32,000 nt of DNA from an archaeon (GTDB lineage: Archaea; Asgardarchaeota; Thorarchaeia; Thorarchaeales; Thorarchaeaceae), in assembly GCA_024275415.1 (NCBI GenBank), contig JAJRZD010000005.1, forward strand, positions 30,001 to 62,000, written 5' to 3'. Below, one piece after another: positions 17,704 through 27,311 of this stretch; the first letter of the stretch is position 1, and each line of letters opens with the position of its first letter. Position numbers and translations under genes: made by a program. The notes below the pieces were generated by a model, which was not told where the DNA came from, did not search any database, and saw only the letters and a list, made by a program, of their open reading frames with translations.

Positions 17704-19560
17704 ATGACCAAAAGCACTCACCAAGAACAAGTAGTAAAATGTAGCCCCCTCCGGTACATGTTCGGAGGTCTCATTAAACATCCATTGTCAATTACCTTCG
17801 CCACGATTCTTACTGTTGTATCCACATTGTTGTTAACAATCCCGACATTGATCATTGGTTGGGCAATCGATGAGCTGAAAGATGCTGGGTTAAGCGAGCA
17901 ATTCGTCTTCTATGTCTGGACAATAATAGCTCTCGCGTTGATATACATGGCTCTCTATTTTCTGGTCGGATACGTCTGGGCCGTTGTCACTCTTCAGTGG
18001 GAGCGTGATGCCAGACAGGACTTCTTTGAGGCGTTACAGGAGTTCAGTATGTCTTTCCATGATGAGGTCGATAGCAAGCGGCTCCTTTCAGTTGCGATGC
18101 AGGATATTAACTGGGTACGCCTGTCATTGAATCCGGCACTGCGGAACATCATAGGCGCGCTCGCCTCTATCGTAATAACAATTGTATTCTTGGGCGCGAT
18201 AGACCAGTCCCCTGGACTAGTCACATTCTTTGTCATTCCTTTCTTCAACGTCAAAGTTGGCATGTTCACGGTAATCATGCTTACTGGAATACCTCTCTAT
18301 CTCTGGTTCGCGTACCGATATGCAAATGCTGTTGAACCAGTCAGACGTAAACGCTCTGAAGATATTGAAACCTTGACATCGATGTCCCAAGGTGTGTTCC
18401 GCGGGATTGAGGTAGTCCGGGCATTTGGCAAAGAGGACGAAGAGAAGCGCAAGTTCAAAGATGCCAGCAAGCAGTATGAGAGGATTGTGGCAAAGGAAGG
18501 CAAGCTAGCAGCATTCTATATTCCTGCACTCGTGTTGATTGCAATGACTACCATTGCTTTCCTGTACGGCGGATTTGCCACATGGTCTCTCCAGATCACT
18601 CAAGGCACCATGATCCAGATACTGGGGTTACTTGTAGCACTAGAGGCGATGAACTTTTTCTTACCACGAATGCTGTTGGTGCTTAGAGGTGGATTTGTGA
18701 ATGCAGCGCGTATAGTCGATATCCTTTCTTGGAAAGACCCATTGATTGAGCCCGAGCAGGAAGCAGGAAGTGTTGAATGGCTGGGTGACATAACATTCGA
18801 GAATGTGAGTTTCACCTATAACAACCCCAACGGTTCGACAGACCACTATGCGCTGAAGGAGTTGAGCATTACTATCCCTGGAGGATCCCGTGTCGCTCTG
18901 ATTGGTGGTCCCGGGGGTGGCAAATCGACCCTTCTCAAATTACTCCTAAGATTGTACGACCCCACAATGGGCACGATTCGTATTGGAGGGACAGACCTGA
19001 GGGATATAACGACAAAGACAGTTCGGGATAATGTGGGACTTGTAGAGCAGGATATCTTCCTTTTCAGGATGAGTGTCCATGATAACATTGCCTTTGGCCG
19101 TACTGATGCAACCCGTGAAGAGGTCGAAGAAGCTGCCAAGAGAGCTCAAGCACATGAGTTCATCATTGAGATGGAGGACGGCTATGACACAATCATCGGT
19201 GAACGAGGGATGACGCTGAGTGGTGGACAGCGCCAGAGACTTGCGATCGCAAGAGCGCTGGTTCAAGACCCAAAGATACTACTTCTGGACGACTCGGTGA
19301 GCGCAGTTGACGCACAGACAGAGTTTTTGATGAGAAAGGCATTGGATGAGGTGATGGTTGGAAGAACCAGCATCACCGTGACCCAGCGACTAAGGACGCT
19401 CATCGAATCTGACCTCGTGATAATACTTGACAAAGGAAGACTCATCGCTGCTGGCTGTCATGAGGACCTGTTAAGAGAATCAGACCACTATCGCAGGATC
19501 TTCGAACGCCTCCCGGGAGCGCAGGCACTTCTGGCTAGTACTTCTGGAGGTGTTCGCTAG
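17704..19560 (+). CDS. ABC exporter half-transporter (TMD+NBD), degenerate-site subunit of a heterodimer
   Basis: Walker A GGPGGGKST, signature LSGGQRQR. Walker B ILLLDDSVS has Asp for the catalytic Glu, and the switch TQR has Gln for His, as in TM287-type subunits. Confidence 0.95.
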   Translation: MTKSTHQEQVVKCSPLRYMFGGLIKHPLSITFATILTVVSTLLLTIPTLIIGWAIDELKDAGLSEQFVFYVWTIIALALIYMALYFLVGYVWAVVTLQWERDARQDFFEALQEFSMSFHDEVDSKRLLSVAMQDINWVRLSLNPALRNIIGALASIVITIVFLGAIDQSPGLVTFFVIPFFNVKVGMFTVIMLTGIPLYLWFAYRYANAVEPVRRKRSEDIETLTSMSQGVFRGIEVVRAFGKEDEEKRKFKDASKQYERIVAKEGKLAAFYIPALVLIAMTTIAFLYGGFATWSLQITQGTMIQILGLLVALEAMNFFLPRMLLVLRGGFVNAARIVDILSWKDPLIEPEQEAGSVEWLGDITFENVSFTYNNPNGSTDHYALKELSITIPGGSRVALIGGPGGGKSTLLKLLLRLYDPTMGTIRIGGTDLRDITTKTVRDNVGLVEQDIFLFRMSVHDNIAFGRTDATREEVEEAAKRAQAHEFIIEMEDGYDTIIGERGMTLSGGQRQRLAIARALVQDPKILLLDDSVSAVDAQTEFLMRKALDEVMVGRTSITVTQRLRTLIESDLVIILDKGRLIAAGCHEDLLRESDHYRRIFERLPGAQALLASTSGGVR

Positions 19561-21614
19561 TGGCGATGCGTGGGCATGGCCCGGGAGGCATGATGGCTAA
19601 GAAAGAGGCGAGGAGCCGTCCTGTTAGACTGCTTCTCAGAAGAATGTTTGGCTATCTGGGAAAGTTCAAACGGATAGTTGCCATTGGTGCGGTCTTCTCA
19701 CTTGTGGCAACAGTGGTATCTATCATTAGTCCAATCGTGCTTCAGGTCGGTATTGATGCCGCCCTTGTGGAGAGTAGCACGTTCCAAACGATTTTCCAGT
19801 TGACGCTTCTGTACGTGTTTCTAAAGACACTATCTTGGATTCTCAACAGCGTCAACACATGGATCCTTGCTGACGCACAAGCTGGGCTTGTTCAGAAGGT
19901 TCAGGAGGATGTCTTCGACCATCTTGTGGAAGCAGACCTGTCCTATCACAAGTCCGAACAAAGCGGGAATGTCACATCACGTGTCACGACCGATGTGGTT
20001 TCTCTTGCCACGGGGATTCAGGTGATTATCGATTTCTCTGCTCAAGTGCTCATGCTGGTTTCTACATTCATCGTGCTATGGCTAGTGGCACCATTGATCG
20101 CATTGACATCGCTAGTGGTCGTCCCTGGTGTGATTCTCATAACCGCACTCTTTGGCACTGTTGGACAAAGAATCATGCTTGCATCTCAAAGGGCATATGG
20201 CAAGGTTTCAGGTCAAATTGCAGAGAACCTGAGTGGAATTCATGTTGCAAAGGCGTTCAACAGGGAAACAGAACTAGCAAAGGAGATGAGTGAACTAAAT
20301 CAGCAAGCGTACCACCATGGGTTCAAATTCATGATACTAATGAGTGCGCTGCAGCCTCTAGTCCGAGGTATTGGTCTGTTTGGTGTTGCGGCAATTCTCT
20401 TTGTAGGAGGGTCTCTTGCTGTAGGCACTCTTGCATTGCTTACGCCTGGACAGGTGTTCCTTGGCGTACTGCTTGTCGGACGGTTTATGTGGCCATTGTT
20501 GTTTCTCTCTATGATGTTTGCTCAGGTGCAGTCATCATTGGCTGCAATGGATCGTATCTCCGATGTACTCGACTCGAAACGAGCAATTGTTGATTCCCCG
20601 GATGCAGTTCCCCTGAAGGATGAGAGTGACGGGATCATTTTTGACGATGTGACATTCTCCTATGTAGACAATGTACAGGTGCTAAAGAATGTCAGTTTCA
20701 CGGTTCAACCAGGGGAGCTTGTAGCGATTGTCGGTCATACAGGTGCTGGAAAGACTACCATTGCTGCGTTGGTTAACCGATTCTATGACCCCGATTCTGG
20801 GAATATCTACATTGGTAACCAGAGTCTGCGTGAGATTACACTCGCATCATTGCATGATAATGTGTCCCTCATCCCACAGGAGCCGTATCTTTTTGATGGC
20901 ACGATCATGGAAAACATCCGCTACGGGAATCCTGATGCCTCTGATGAGGAAATCATTAGTCTGTGTAAGATGATTGGAGCTAACGAGTTCATCGAGGTTC
21001 TTGCTGATGGGTATGATACCCTCATTCTTGAGAGCGGTAAGAACCTGAGCGCTGGCCAACGTCAGATGATCACTATTGCTCGAACCATGCTTGCTAATCC
21101 CAAGATACTCATCCTCGATGAGGCCACGAGTCGTCTGGACGCCTATAGCGAGTCACTGGTTCAGGAAGCCCAGTCAAGGCTTTTTGCAGGTAGGACTACC
21201 ATCGTCATCGCACATAGGTTGACGACAATTGCAAATGCATCTCGAATCTTCGTGTTTGACCACGGGGAACTTATCGAGGAAGGAACTCATGAGGAGTTGT
21301 TGGCACAGGATGGCACCTTCAGGGCACTCTACGAAACTTATTATGCACATCAGGGCATCGAGGAGCTGACAGAGGAAATCGCCGACCATGCTCGCTCTGA
21401 GGTGTCCAAGATCGAACAAAGGGAAATTCCATCTCTAGGGATGGGTATGAGTGCTAGCATGATGGGTGGCATGTCCCCAATGGGTGGTTTCCCAGACCCA
21501 AAAAAGATGGTCGAGATGCTGAAGAAAGTCCCTCCGGATGAACGTGGACACATGTTAGAGATGATGCCTCCACACATACGCGAAAAGGTCATACGCTATC
21601 TGAATGATGAGTAG
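19560..21614 (+). CDS. ABC exporter half-transporter (TMD+NBD), consensus-site subunit, with Met-rich C-terminal extension
   Basis: GHTGAGKTT, non-canonical signature LSAGQRQ, ILDEATS, AHRL (TM288-type pattern). The GTG start overlaps the upstream TAG and has GGAGGTG 7 nt upstream. Confidence 0.95.
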   Translation: MAMRGHGPGGMMAKKEARSRPVRLLLRRMFGYLGKFKRIVAIGAVFSLVATVVSIISPIVLQVGIDAALVESSTFQTIFQLTLLYVFLKTLSWILNSVNTWILADAQAGLVQKVQEDVFDHLVEADLSYHKSEQSGNVTSRVTTDVVSLATGIQVIIDFSAQVLMLVSTFIVLWLVAPLIALTSLVVVPGVILITALFGTVGQRIMLASQRAYGKVSGQIAENLSGIHVAKAFNRETELAKEMSELNQQAYHHGFKFMILMSALQPLVRGIGLFGVAAILFVGGSLAVGTLALLTPGQVFLGVLLVGRFMWPLLFLSMMFAQVQSSLAAMDRISDVLDSKRAIVDSPDAVPLKDESDGIIFDDVTFSYVDNVQVLKNVSFTVQPGELVAIVGHTGAGKTTIAALVNRFYDPDSGNIYIGNQSLREITLASLHDNVSLIPQEPYLFDGTIMENIRYGNPDASDEEIISLCKMIGANEFIEVLADGYDTLILESGKNLSAGQRQMITIARTMLANPKILILDEATSRLDAYSESLVQEAQSRLFAGRTTIVIAHRLTTIANASRIFVFDHGELIEEGTHEELLAQDGTFRALYETYYAHQGIEELTEEIADHARSEVSKIEQREIPSLGMGMSASMMGGMSPMGGFPDPKKMVEMLKKVPPDERGHMLEMMPPHIREKVIRYLNDE

Positions 21615-21617
21615 GTG

Positions 21618-22403
21618 CTACGTGATCGTTCTTATGCGTTCACTCCCGCTCTTCACTAAAAGGAGTGAGAGCCCTATCACCCAGTAGGCGATTGCTCCTG
21701 TCAACTGAAGGATTGGGGAGGAAAACTGAGGGATTACAAAGCACCATGCTATCATTCTAACCAATAGCAGAACCGTCCCGATGAAGGAAAGAATAACAGG
21801 AATGCCAAGATACCCTTTCCTGAAGTGATATCCGATTATCAGCTGGCTGACCAGAATGGCGGTCAGTGCAATCTCGATTGGGATTACAATAAGAAGGTAG
21901 TTGCATACAATGGAGCCAGTAAGTAGGATATACACAAGACCTCCCAAATACGGGAGTGTGGAGAAAACCAGTATCAGTGGGATGACAAGATATTTTTCAG
22001 AAAAGTAAAGTACCGTGTTCGCTGTGTATAGGTAGTGTAATGTCCCTTCGACCCACAAGAGAATCCCAATTAGCAATACCACTCCAATTGCAAGCTGGTA
22101 CGCATCAAGCACGTAAAGGGATCCTGTAATAATGGCCGCACTTTCAGCGATGGCAAAAAAGAGAAGTGCTATTGCGATGCGCGAGTGCATAGATTCGAAT
22201 CTGTCATCTGCTGAACCACCATCTACCAAATGGGAGGTCAGGCTAATGCCTGCGACCACCCATGCTGTCAGGAACGTAGTGCCCGCAACAAGCATGGACA
22301 TAATGTCCTGATTCCCAGACACAATGCCAATAACAGACCCAAGAGGAATCAGTATCCCCAGAACAAGGAACGGCGCATGTTGCTTCTTCATCTGGCGATA
22401 CAA
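21618..22403 (-). CDS. Polytopic membrane protein, 7-8 TM helices, no soluble domain
   Basis: Continuous hydrophobic segments. TTG start with AGGAGG 7 nt upstream (cctcct at 22411-22416). Confidence 0.8.
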   Translation of the reverse strand: MYRQMKKQHAPFLVLGILIPLGSVIGIVSGNQDIMSMLVAGTTFLTAWVVAGISLTSHLVDGGSADDRFESMHSRIAIALLFFAIAESAAIITGSLYVLDAYQLAIGVVLLIGILLWVEGTLHYLYTANTVLYFSEKYLVIPLILVFSTLPYLGGLVYILLTGSIVCNYLLIVIPIEIALTAILVSQLIIGYHFRKGYLGIPVILSFIGTVLLLVRMIAWCFVIPQFSSPILQLTGAIAYWVIGLSLLLVKSGSERIRTIT

Positions 22404-22477
22404 TCACTGTCCTCCTTGGGTTATGACCTTCACTCTTTGATTTGTGTGTTATGTTTTTGTTGACATCATTTGACCTA

Positions 22478-23671
22478 TCACATTGTAAGCTGGTTCCACT
22501 GTACATTCTGAGATATCTTCGGATACACCTGCTTGAGCTCGTGCATGACCTTTGAAATAATCGTGTTCGTAGGCTCTGAGCCAATCAGAATGCTTATTCT
22601 TTTCGTGATGAACTGCATCAAAGCTCTTAAACCATCACTGAGGATATCAGGCAGGATCTTGCCTTTAGTGGCAGCACTGGAAAGGGAACTACGAACCACC
22701 ACATCAATGTCCTCTTCGAGATCGACGAAGGAAAGCCAAGTGTATGTGTCCATCAATGCGTTACGTGACTCCACGAATATGTTCCGTGTCATCTTGTTCC
22801 CTAGCAGTCTTGCGCAGTTGGACAGGATCTCCTGTAGCACACTCGAATGTTGTACCAGAGTGGCTTGTGCCTCCGATACCCTCTCTACCGCATCCTTTTC
22901 CGCAAGCATGGCTATCTCGTCAAGGAACCTTCGCAGGTCACGGGTCTTGACTTTCTCAGCAGCTATCGCGAGGGGTGTTTCTCCATCGAGTTCACTGAGC
23001 GCAGCCGTGGTTTCTGGAGAAACCCCATCGATGACCTTCTCAGTCCTCTCTAAAGAGGTTGTTTGATAGATGTCCTCTGGTCTGACCGGATTGGTAAGCA
23101 CCACTGCCTTTTCCCAAATTGCGTTTGCAACAATGTTCATTGCGACCTCCAAAGGTATCTCAAGGAACTCAGCTGCTTCTCTCACAGAGATAGTTTCCGG
23201 AAGGAGCTTCAGGAATGAGTCCACTTCTGGGTTTTTTACATAAAGATCCCAATTCAGCTTCTGGCGAATAACACTGTCGGGCTTTACCTGGTCTAAGAGT
23301 AGCTCATCGATTACATGTTTCTCGTATCTGCTGTAGACTGCCAAGTCAATGTCGACCCAGCGTAGCAGATTGAATTGTTCCTCGAAGATCTCAATAAGTC
23401 GCCTAAGCTTGTCTCGTAGGATTTCATCATCCATTGACGCGCTGAGCGCACCGATCGTCCATTCTCCAAACTCCACCAGGATCTTGTAGTCCGTGCCTTC
23501 GAACGCCCGCGCTCGTGATGAAATCGATTGGTTCGCCTCGTCGAAGAACGAGGTCATGGCACTGATGAATGAGGAGATGAGGTCTGGGTCGAAGATTGCG
23601 TCAGTGAAATCCTTATGATACATGCATAGACCTGTTTCTCGCTTGATTATGTACAGGCTCTTGATGTTCAT
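22478..23671 (-). CDS. Soluble longin-domain protein with two winged-helix units and a helical C-domain (NPRL2-like architecture)
   Basis: N-terminal longin motif: SLYIIKRETGLCMYHKDF...DPDLISSFISAMTSFF. wHTH units: SVREAAEFLEIPLEVAMNIVANAIWEKAV and LDGETPLAIAAEK...LAEKDAV. Confidence 0.85.
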   Translation of the reverse strand: MNIKSLYIIKRETGLCMYHKDFTDAIFDPDLISSFISAMTSFFDEANQSISSRARAFEGTDYKILVEFGEWTIGALSASMDDEILRDKLRRLIEIFEEQFNLLRWVDIDLAVYSRYEKHVIDELLLDQVKPDSVIRQKLNWDLYVKNPEVDSFLKLLPETISVREAAEFLEIPLEVAMNIVANAIWEKAVVLTNPVRPEDIYQTTSLERTEKVIDGVSPETTAALSELDGETPLAIAAEKVKTRDLRRFLDEIAMLAEKDAVERVSEAQATLVQHSSVLQEILSNCARLLGNKMTRNIFVESRNALMDTYTWLSFVDLEEDIDVVVRSSLSSAATKGKILPDILSDGLRALMQFITKRISILIGSEPTNTIISKVMHELKQVYPKISQNVQWNQLTM

Positions 23672-23819
23672 CGGGGGTCTTCATCTCGCTTACTCGCTCT
23701 GACCGTTTTGCGTGCAGTCCCATTCAATGATAGTACATGGAATACGGAGTTTTAATCTTATTAGGGATGTACCTCGAAATCTATAAGGCTCACAAGACCC
23801 CCAATGTCGGGATGACATC

Positions 23820-24428
23820 ATGACAGAGGAAGACCTTAGCATCCACTGTCCCTCTTGTGGATCTACCAAGTTCCAAGTGTCCTCGCTGCTCTACAATGTG
23901 CCATATTTCAATGAGATTGCCATGTTCACCATGAAATGTCCTGACTGCAATTTCAGTCACAATGATGTCTTCTCAGCAGAAGAACGACCTCCACTGAGAT
24001 GGACACTGGTAGTGGATCGTCCTGCTCTCTTGAAGACGCGGGTCATCCGTTCAGGATCCGGAACCATCCGTTTCCCCGAGTTTGGCATTGACATCGAACC
24101 GGGTCCCACCGCGGAATCCTATATATCAAATGTTGAAGGGGTTCTGTTTCGGACTCGTCCGGTCGTTGAGGCAGCTATCAGGTTCACCGAGGTTGCTAAG
24201 GAGAAAGAACGGGGTCAGGAGATTCTTGACATGATCATAGCAGCTATCAAAGGGGAGTTCACTTTCACTATGATAATTGAGGATCCGATGGGCATGAGCG
24301 GCATCCTCCCAGAGGACATGCGTCTGGTGAAGCGAGAGGAACTGTCAATTGAAGAGGCATCCCTGCTGCGCGGAGCTCCTGCATGGCTTTCCATTGCTCG
24401 GGATCAATATCAAGAGCGTAAGGGTTAA
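23820..24428 (+). CDS. zpr1: ZPR1-type zinc finger protein
   Basis: CPSCG...VPYFNEI...CPDCNFSHNDV, RVIRSGSGTIRFPE.G..IEPG, NVEG, IEDPMGMS. Confidence 0.95.
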   Translation: MTEEDLSIHCPSCGSTKFQVSSLLYNVPYFNEIAMFTMKCPDCNFSHNDVFSAEERPPLRWTLVVDRPALLKTRVIRSGSGTIRFPEFGIDIEPGPTAESYISNVEGVLFRTRPVVEAAIRFTEVAKEKERGQEILDMIIAAIKGEFTFTMIIEDPMGMSGILPEDMRLVKREELSIEEASLLRGAPAWLSIARDQYQERKG

Positions 24429-24459
24429 AACAGGGTCGCGCAGTTTTTTCGTTACTTGT

Positions 24460-24536
24460 GGGCCGGTAGATTAGCCCGGCAGATCGTCTGGTTTGCATCC
24501 AGAAGGCCGCGAGTTCAAATCTCGCCCGGTCCACCA
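24460..24536 (+). tRNA. tRNA-Ala (anticodon UGC), intronless, CCA encoded
   Basis: Acceptor GGGCCGG/CCGGTCC with G3:U70. Anticodon arm TCTGG-TTTGCAT-CCAGA (TGC at 24494-24496). T arm GCGAG-TTCAAAT-CTCGC, then A-CCA. Confidence 0.97.
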
Positions 24537-24927
24537 TTTCTTGTTCTGGAATGACATTGTAATGCTGCATGTTTGCTCTGTTATCTTTTCACTCAAATGA
24601 CAGGAACCACAGTATCACTTGGTGGCGGATTCAAAGGTGGGAGCGGTTCAATTCCGGGAGCAGACGTCTGTTGTCCACGAAGGTCGGAAATGTGGGTTCG
24701 AAAGTTGGAATTGTGTCGCCTTCATGTCCTAAATATGCTTTCAAACTATTCACTAATAGGACTTTTCTCATGATGATTCAAGGACTGTTCGATTTCGTAC
24801 AGGCTTTCTATATCTGTTAGCAACCCTTAAGAGGGGTACTTCTTGGCTCTGTTACCAAATTACACCAGAAGCTAGGCCCTGATAATATGCAGAGTGCCTA
24901 GACAAATCGGGTGGTGAACATAACAAA

Positions 24928-27303
24928 ATGCAGTTATTCGAGACTTTCCTTGGCATGATGATCATTGAACAGGCAATGATATTGACTGTTATTGCAGCTG
25001 CGTTCGTAAGTCTCGTGTATGCATACTGGCTCAGGAAGAATGTTCTCAAGAAGGACAAGGGAACTGAGCAGATGCAGAAGGTTTGGAATGGCATTCGAGA
25101 AGGTGCACTGTCTTACTTGAACCGACAACTCAAGACAATCGTACCGATTCTCGCTGTCCTCTCCGTCCTTCTGTTCTTCACAGTATACATAACTGTGCCA
25201 GAAAGAGGAACTGAGGTGCTATTCGAGGATAACCTCGAGGCCGGCAGAATTATTGTCGGAATCGGGCGATCTCTATCATTCGTACTTGGTGCCAGTTTCT
25301 CGCTCATCGTTGGGCAACTCGGGATGCGCATTGCAGTCGAGTCCAATATCCGAGTGGCACAGGCTACACGAGAAGGCGAAGACAGATACAATCGTGCTTT
25401 GTCAATCTCCTATCATGGTGGGACATTCACTGGCATGCTCACTGATGGATTAGGATTACTTGGAGGCACCATCATCTTCATAATCTTTGGTATTGCAGCA
25501 CCTGACGCACTACTGGGATTTGGACTGGGTGGCACTCTGCTAGCGCTATTCATGCGAGTCGGAGGTGGAATCTATACAAAGGCAGCAGATGTAGGTGCTG
25601 ACCTAGTCGGCAAGGTCGAACACGATCTTCCTGAAGACGATCCACGAAATGCTGCTGTGATTGCAGACCTCGTCGGTGACAATGTGGGTGACTGTGCAGG
25701 AATGGCTGCTGACATCTTCGAGTCCTATGAGGTCACGATTGTTTCAGCGTTGATTCTCGCTATCGTCATCTATTTGGACAATCCAATCACCCTTCTCCCT
25801 GGCGGACTGCTTGCAGTAGTGGTCTTTCCACTCTTCATCAGAGCAATCGGTGTTATCTCATCAATTCTCGGAACCTTCATGGTTCCTGTGTGGCCGCGGA
25901 TTCTCAAGAAGGCGCAGGTCTATGCTGAAAAAGCAATGTTCCTCTCCTATGAGGTTTCAAGTGCCTTTACAATCATACTTTCCCTCCTCCTGTCTTACTT
26001 CTATGTTGGGGATTTGAGATTTGGCATACTGATTGCCGTTGGGGTGATGCTGGCTGTTTCATTCAACCCGATTACCAGCTATTTCACATCTCTGAAAAAA
26101 CCCCCTGTAAAGGAGATTGTTCAATCTGCAGATACAGGTCATGCAACCTTCATCCTTTCAGGACTTGTTGCGGGCTATGAATCAACCGTGGCAGCCGTAG
26201 TTGTCATCGTTGCAAGCTTTGGGATTGCACACGTTCTTTTCATACCCGCAGTCGCAACAGCAGTGCCATTCTTTGTTGATGCAGTTTCAGACTCTGGGGA
26301 CAGCTTCCTTTGGACGCTCTATGGCATAGCTCTGATTGGTATAGGGATGCTATCGCATACAGGTAACAACGTGGCTATGGATTCGTATGGTCCAATCAGC
26401 GACAATGCAGCAGGTATCGGCGAGCTGTCACCTGGTGATTTCGATGAGGAATCGATGAAGACCATGGCAGAGCTCGATGCGGTTGGCAACACCACAAAGG
26501 CAATCACCAAAGGAGTTGCAATTGCTTCTGCAGTAATTGCAGCGGTAAGCCTCTTTGATAGCTATGTCGTCATTAGCGGTTTGGATCACCTTCTACTTGA
26601 CAATCCGATGGTGTTCTCAGGACTCCTACTAGGAGCTGCACTCCCGTGGCTGTTCTCTGCTTTGAATATCAAGGCGGTGACACGAGCAGCAGGTGAGATG
26701 GTACGCGAAGTGCGTCGTCAGTTCAGGATTCCAGGAATTCTCGAGGGAACCAAGAAACCTGACTATGACCGTGCTGTGGACATCTCTACAACGGCAGCCC
26801 AGAAAGAACTGATATCACTGGCGGCAATCACCGTTACAGTACCACTCATCGTTGGTATTATGTTTGGAGTTGCTGCACTCGGAGGGTTCCTTGGAGGCAT
26901 CATTGTTTCAGGACAGCTGTTAGCCGTATTCATGTCGAATGCTGGAGGCGCATGGGATAATGCAAAGAAGGCAATAGAGGATGAGCCTAGAGATATTGCA
27001 AACAATACCGGTAAGGGATCCGAGCGCCACAAATGTGGTGTTGTGGGTGACACAATCGGTGACCCCTTGAAGGATACCGCAGGTCCGGCACTTAATCCTA
27101 TGATCAAGGTCGTAAATCTGCTATCACTCATCCTTGCTCCTCTGTTGTTGACATTCCAGTTCGGGGCAGATCTGACAGTCAATGTCGGACTTCTTGTTGC
27201 TCTCTTCGTGTTGTTCATGATTACAATATGGGCGATAAAGAAAAGCACGAAGCCGGCCGATTTCAAAGCTGCTCCAGACATCCCAGCAGAAGCAATCAAC
27301 TAG
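24928..27303 (+). CDS. hppA: Membrane-bound H+-translocating pyrophosphatase, K+-independent type
   Basis: GGGIYTKAADVGADLVGKVE, EDDPRNAAVIADLVGDNVGDCAG, DSYGPISDNA, GNTTKA (Lys form), GDTIGDPLKDTAGP. Confidence 0.97.
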   Translation: MQLFETFLGMMIIEQAMILTVIAAAFVSLVYAYWLRKNVLKKDKGTEQMQKVWNGIREGALSYLNRQLKTIVPILAVLSVLLFFTVYITVPERGTEVLFEDNLEAGRIIVGIGRSLSFVLGASFSLIVGQLGMRIAVESNIRVAQATREGEDRYNRALSISYHGGTFTGMLTDGLGLLGGTIIFIIFGIAAPDALLGFGLGGTLLALFMRVGGGIYTKAADVGADLVGKVEHDLPEDDPRNAAVIADLVGDNVGDCAGMAADIFESYEVTIVSALILAIVIYLDNPITLLPGGLLAVVVFPLFIRAIGVISSILGTFMVPVWPRILKKAQVYAEKAMFLSYEVSSAFTIILSLLLSYFYVGDLRFGILIAVGVMLAVSFNPITSYFTSLKKPPVKEIVQSADTGHATFILSGLVAGYESTVAAVVVIVASFGIAHVLFIPAVATAVPFFVDAVSDSGDSFLWTLYGIALIGIGMLSHTGNNVAMDSYGPISDNAAGIGELSPGDFDEESMKTMAELDAVGNTTKAITKGVAIASAVIAAVSLFDSYVVISGLDHLLLDNPMVFSGLLLGAALPWLFSALNIKAVTRAAGEMVREVRRQFRIPGILEGTKKPDYDRAVDISTTAAQKELISLAAITVTVPLIVGIMFGVAALGGFLGGIIVSGQLLAVFMSNAGGAWDNAKKAIEDEPRDIANNTGKGSERHKCGVVGDTIGDPLKDTAGPALNPMIKVVNLLSLILAPLLLTFQFGADLTVNVGLLVALFVLFMITIWAIKKSTKPADFKAAPDIPAEAIN

Positions 27304-27311
27304 TTGAATTA

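Noticed and set aside
21618-22403. Rhodopsin or heliorhodopsin identity for the 7-8 TM protein
   Set aside because: There is no DxxxK or SxxxK retinal-binding Lys in the terminal helix and no helix-C motif.
24460-24536. tRNA-Ala as the integration site of a mobile element
   Set aside because: I saw no duplicate of the tRNA 3' end and no integrase or transposase in the window.
24630-24710. T-loop-like strings GGTTCAATTCC and GGGTTCGAAAG downstream of tRNA-Ala
   Set aside because: I could not build an acceptor stem or anticodon arm, and the T-stem pairs only 3 of 5. Not a supportable tRNA or tRNA remnant.
24537-24927. Short ORFs in the tRNA-hppA gap (24569-24820, 24573-24773, and a 46-aa minus-strand ORF)
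   Set aside because: No recognisable motif or convincing SD; GSKVGIVSPS resembles an S66 peptidase start only superficially.
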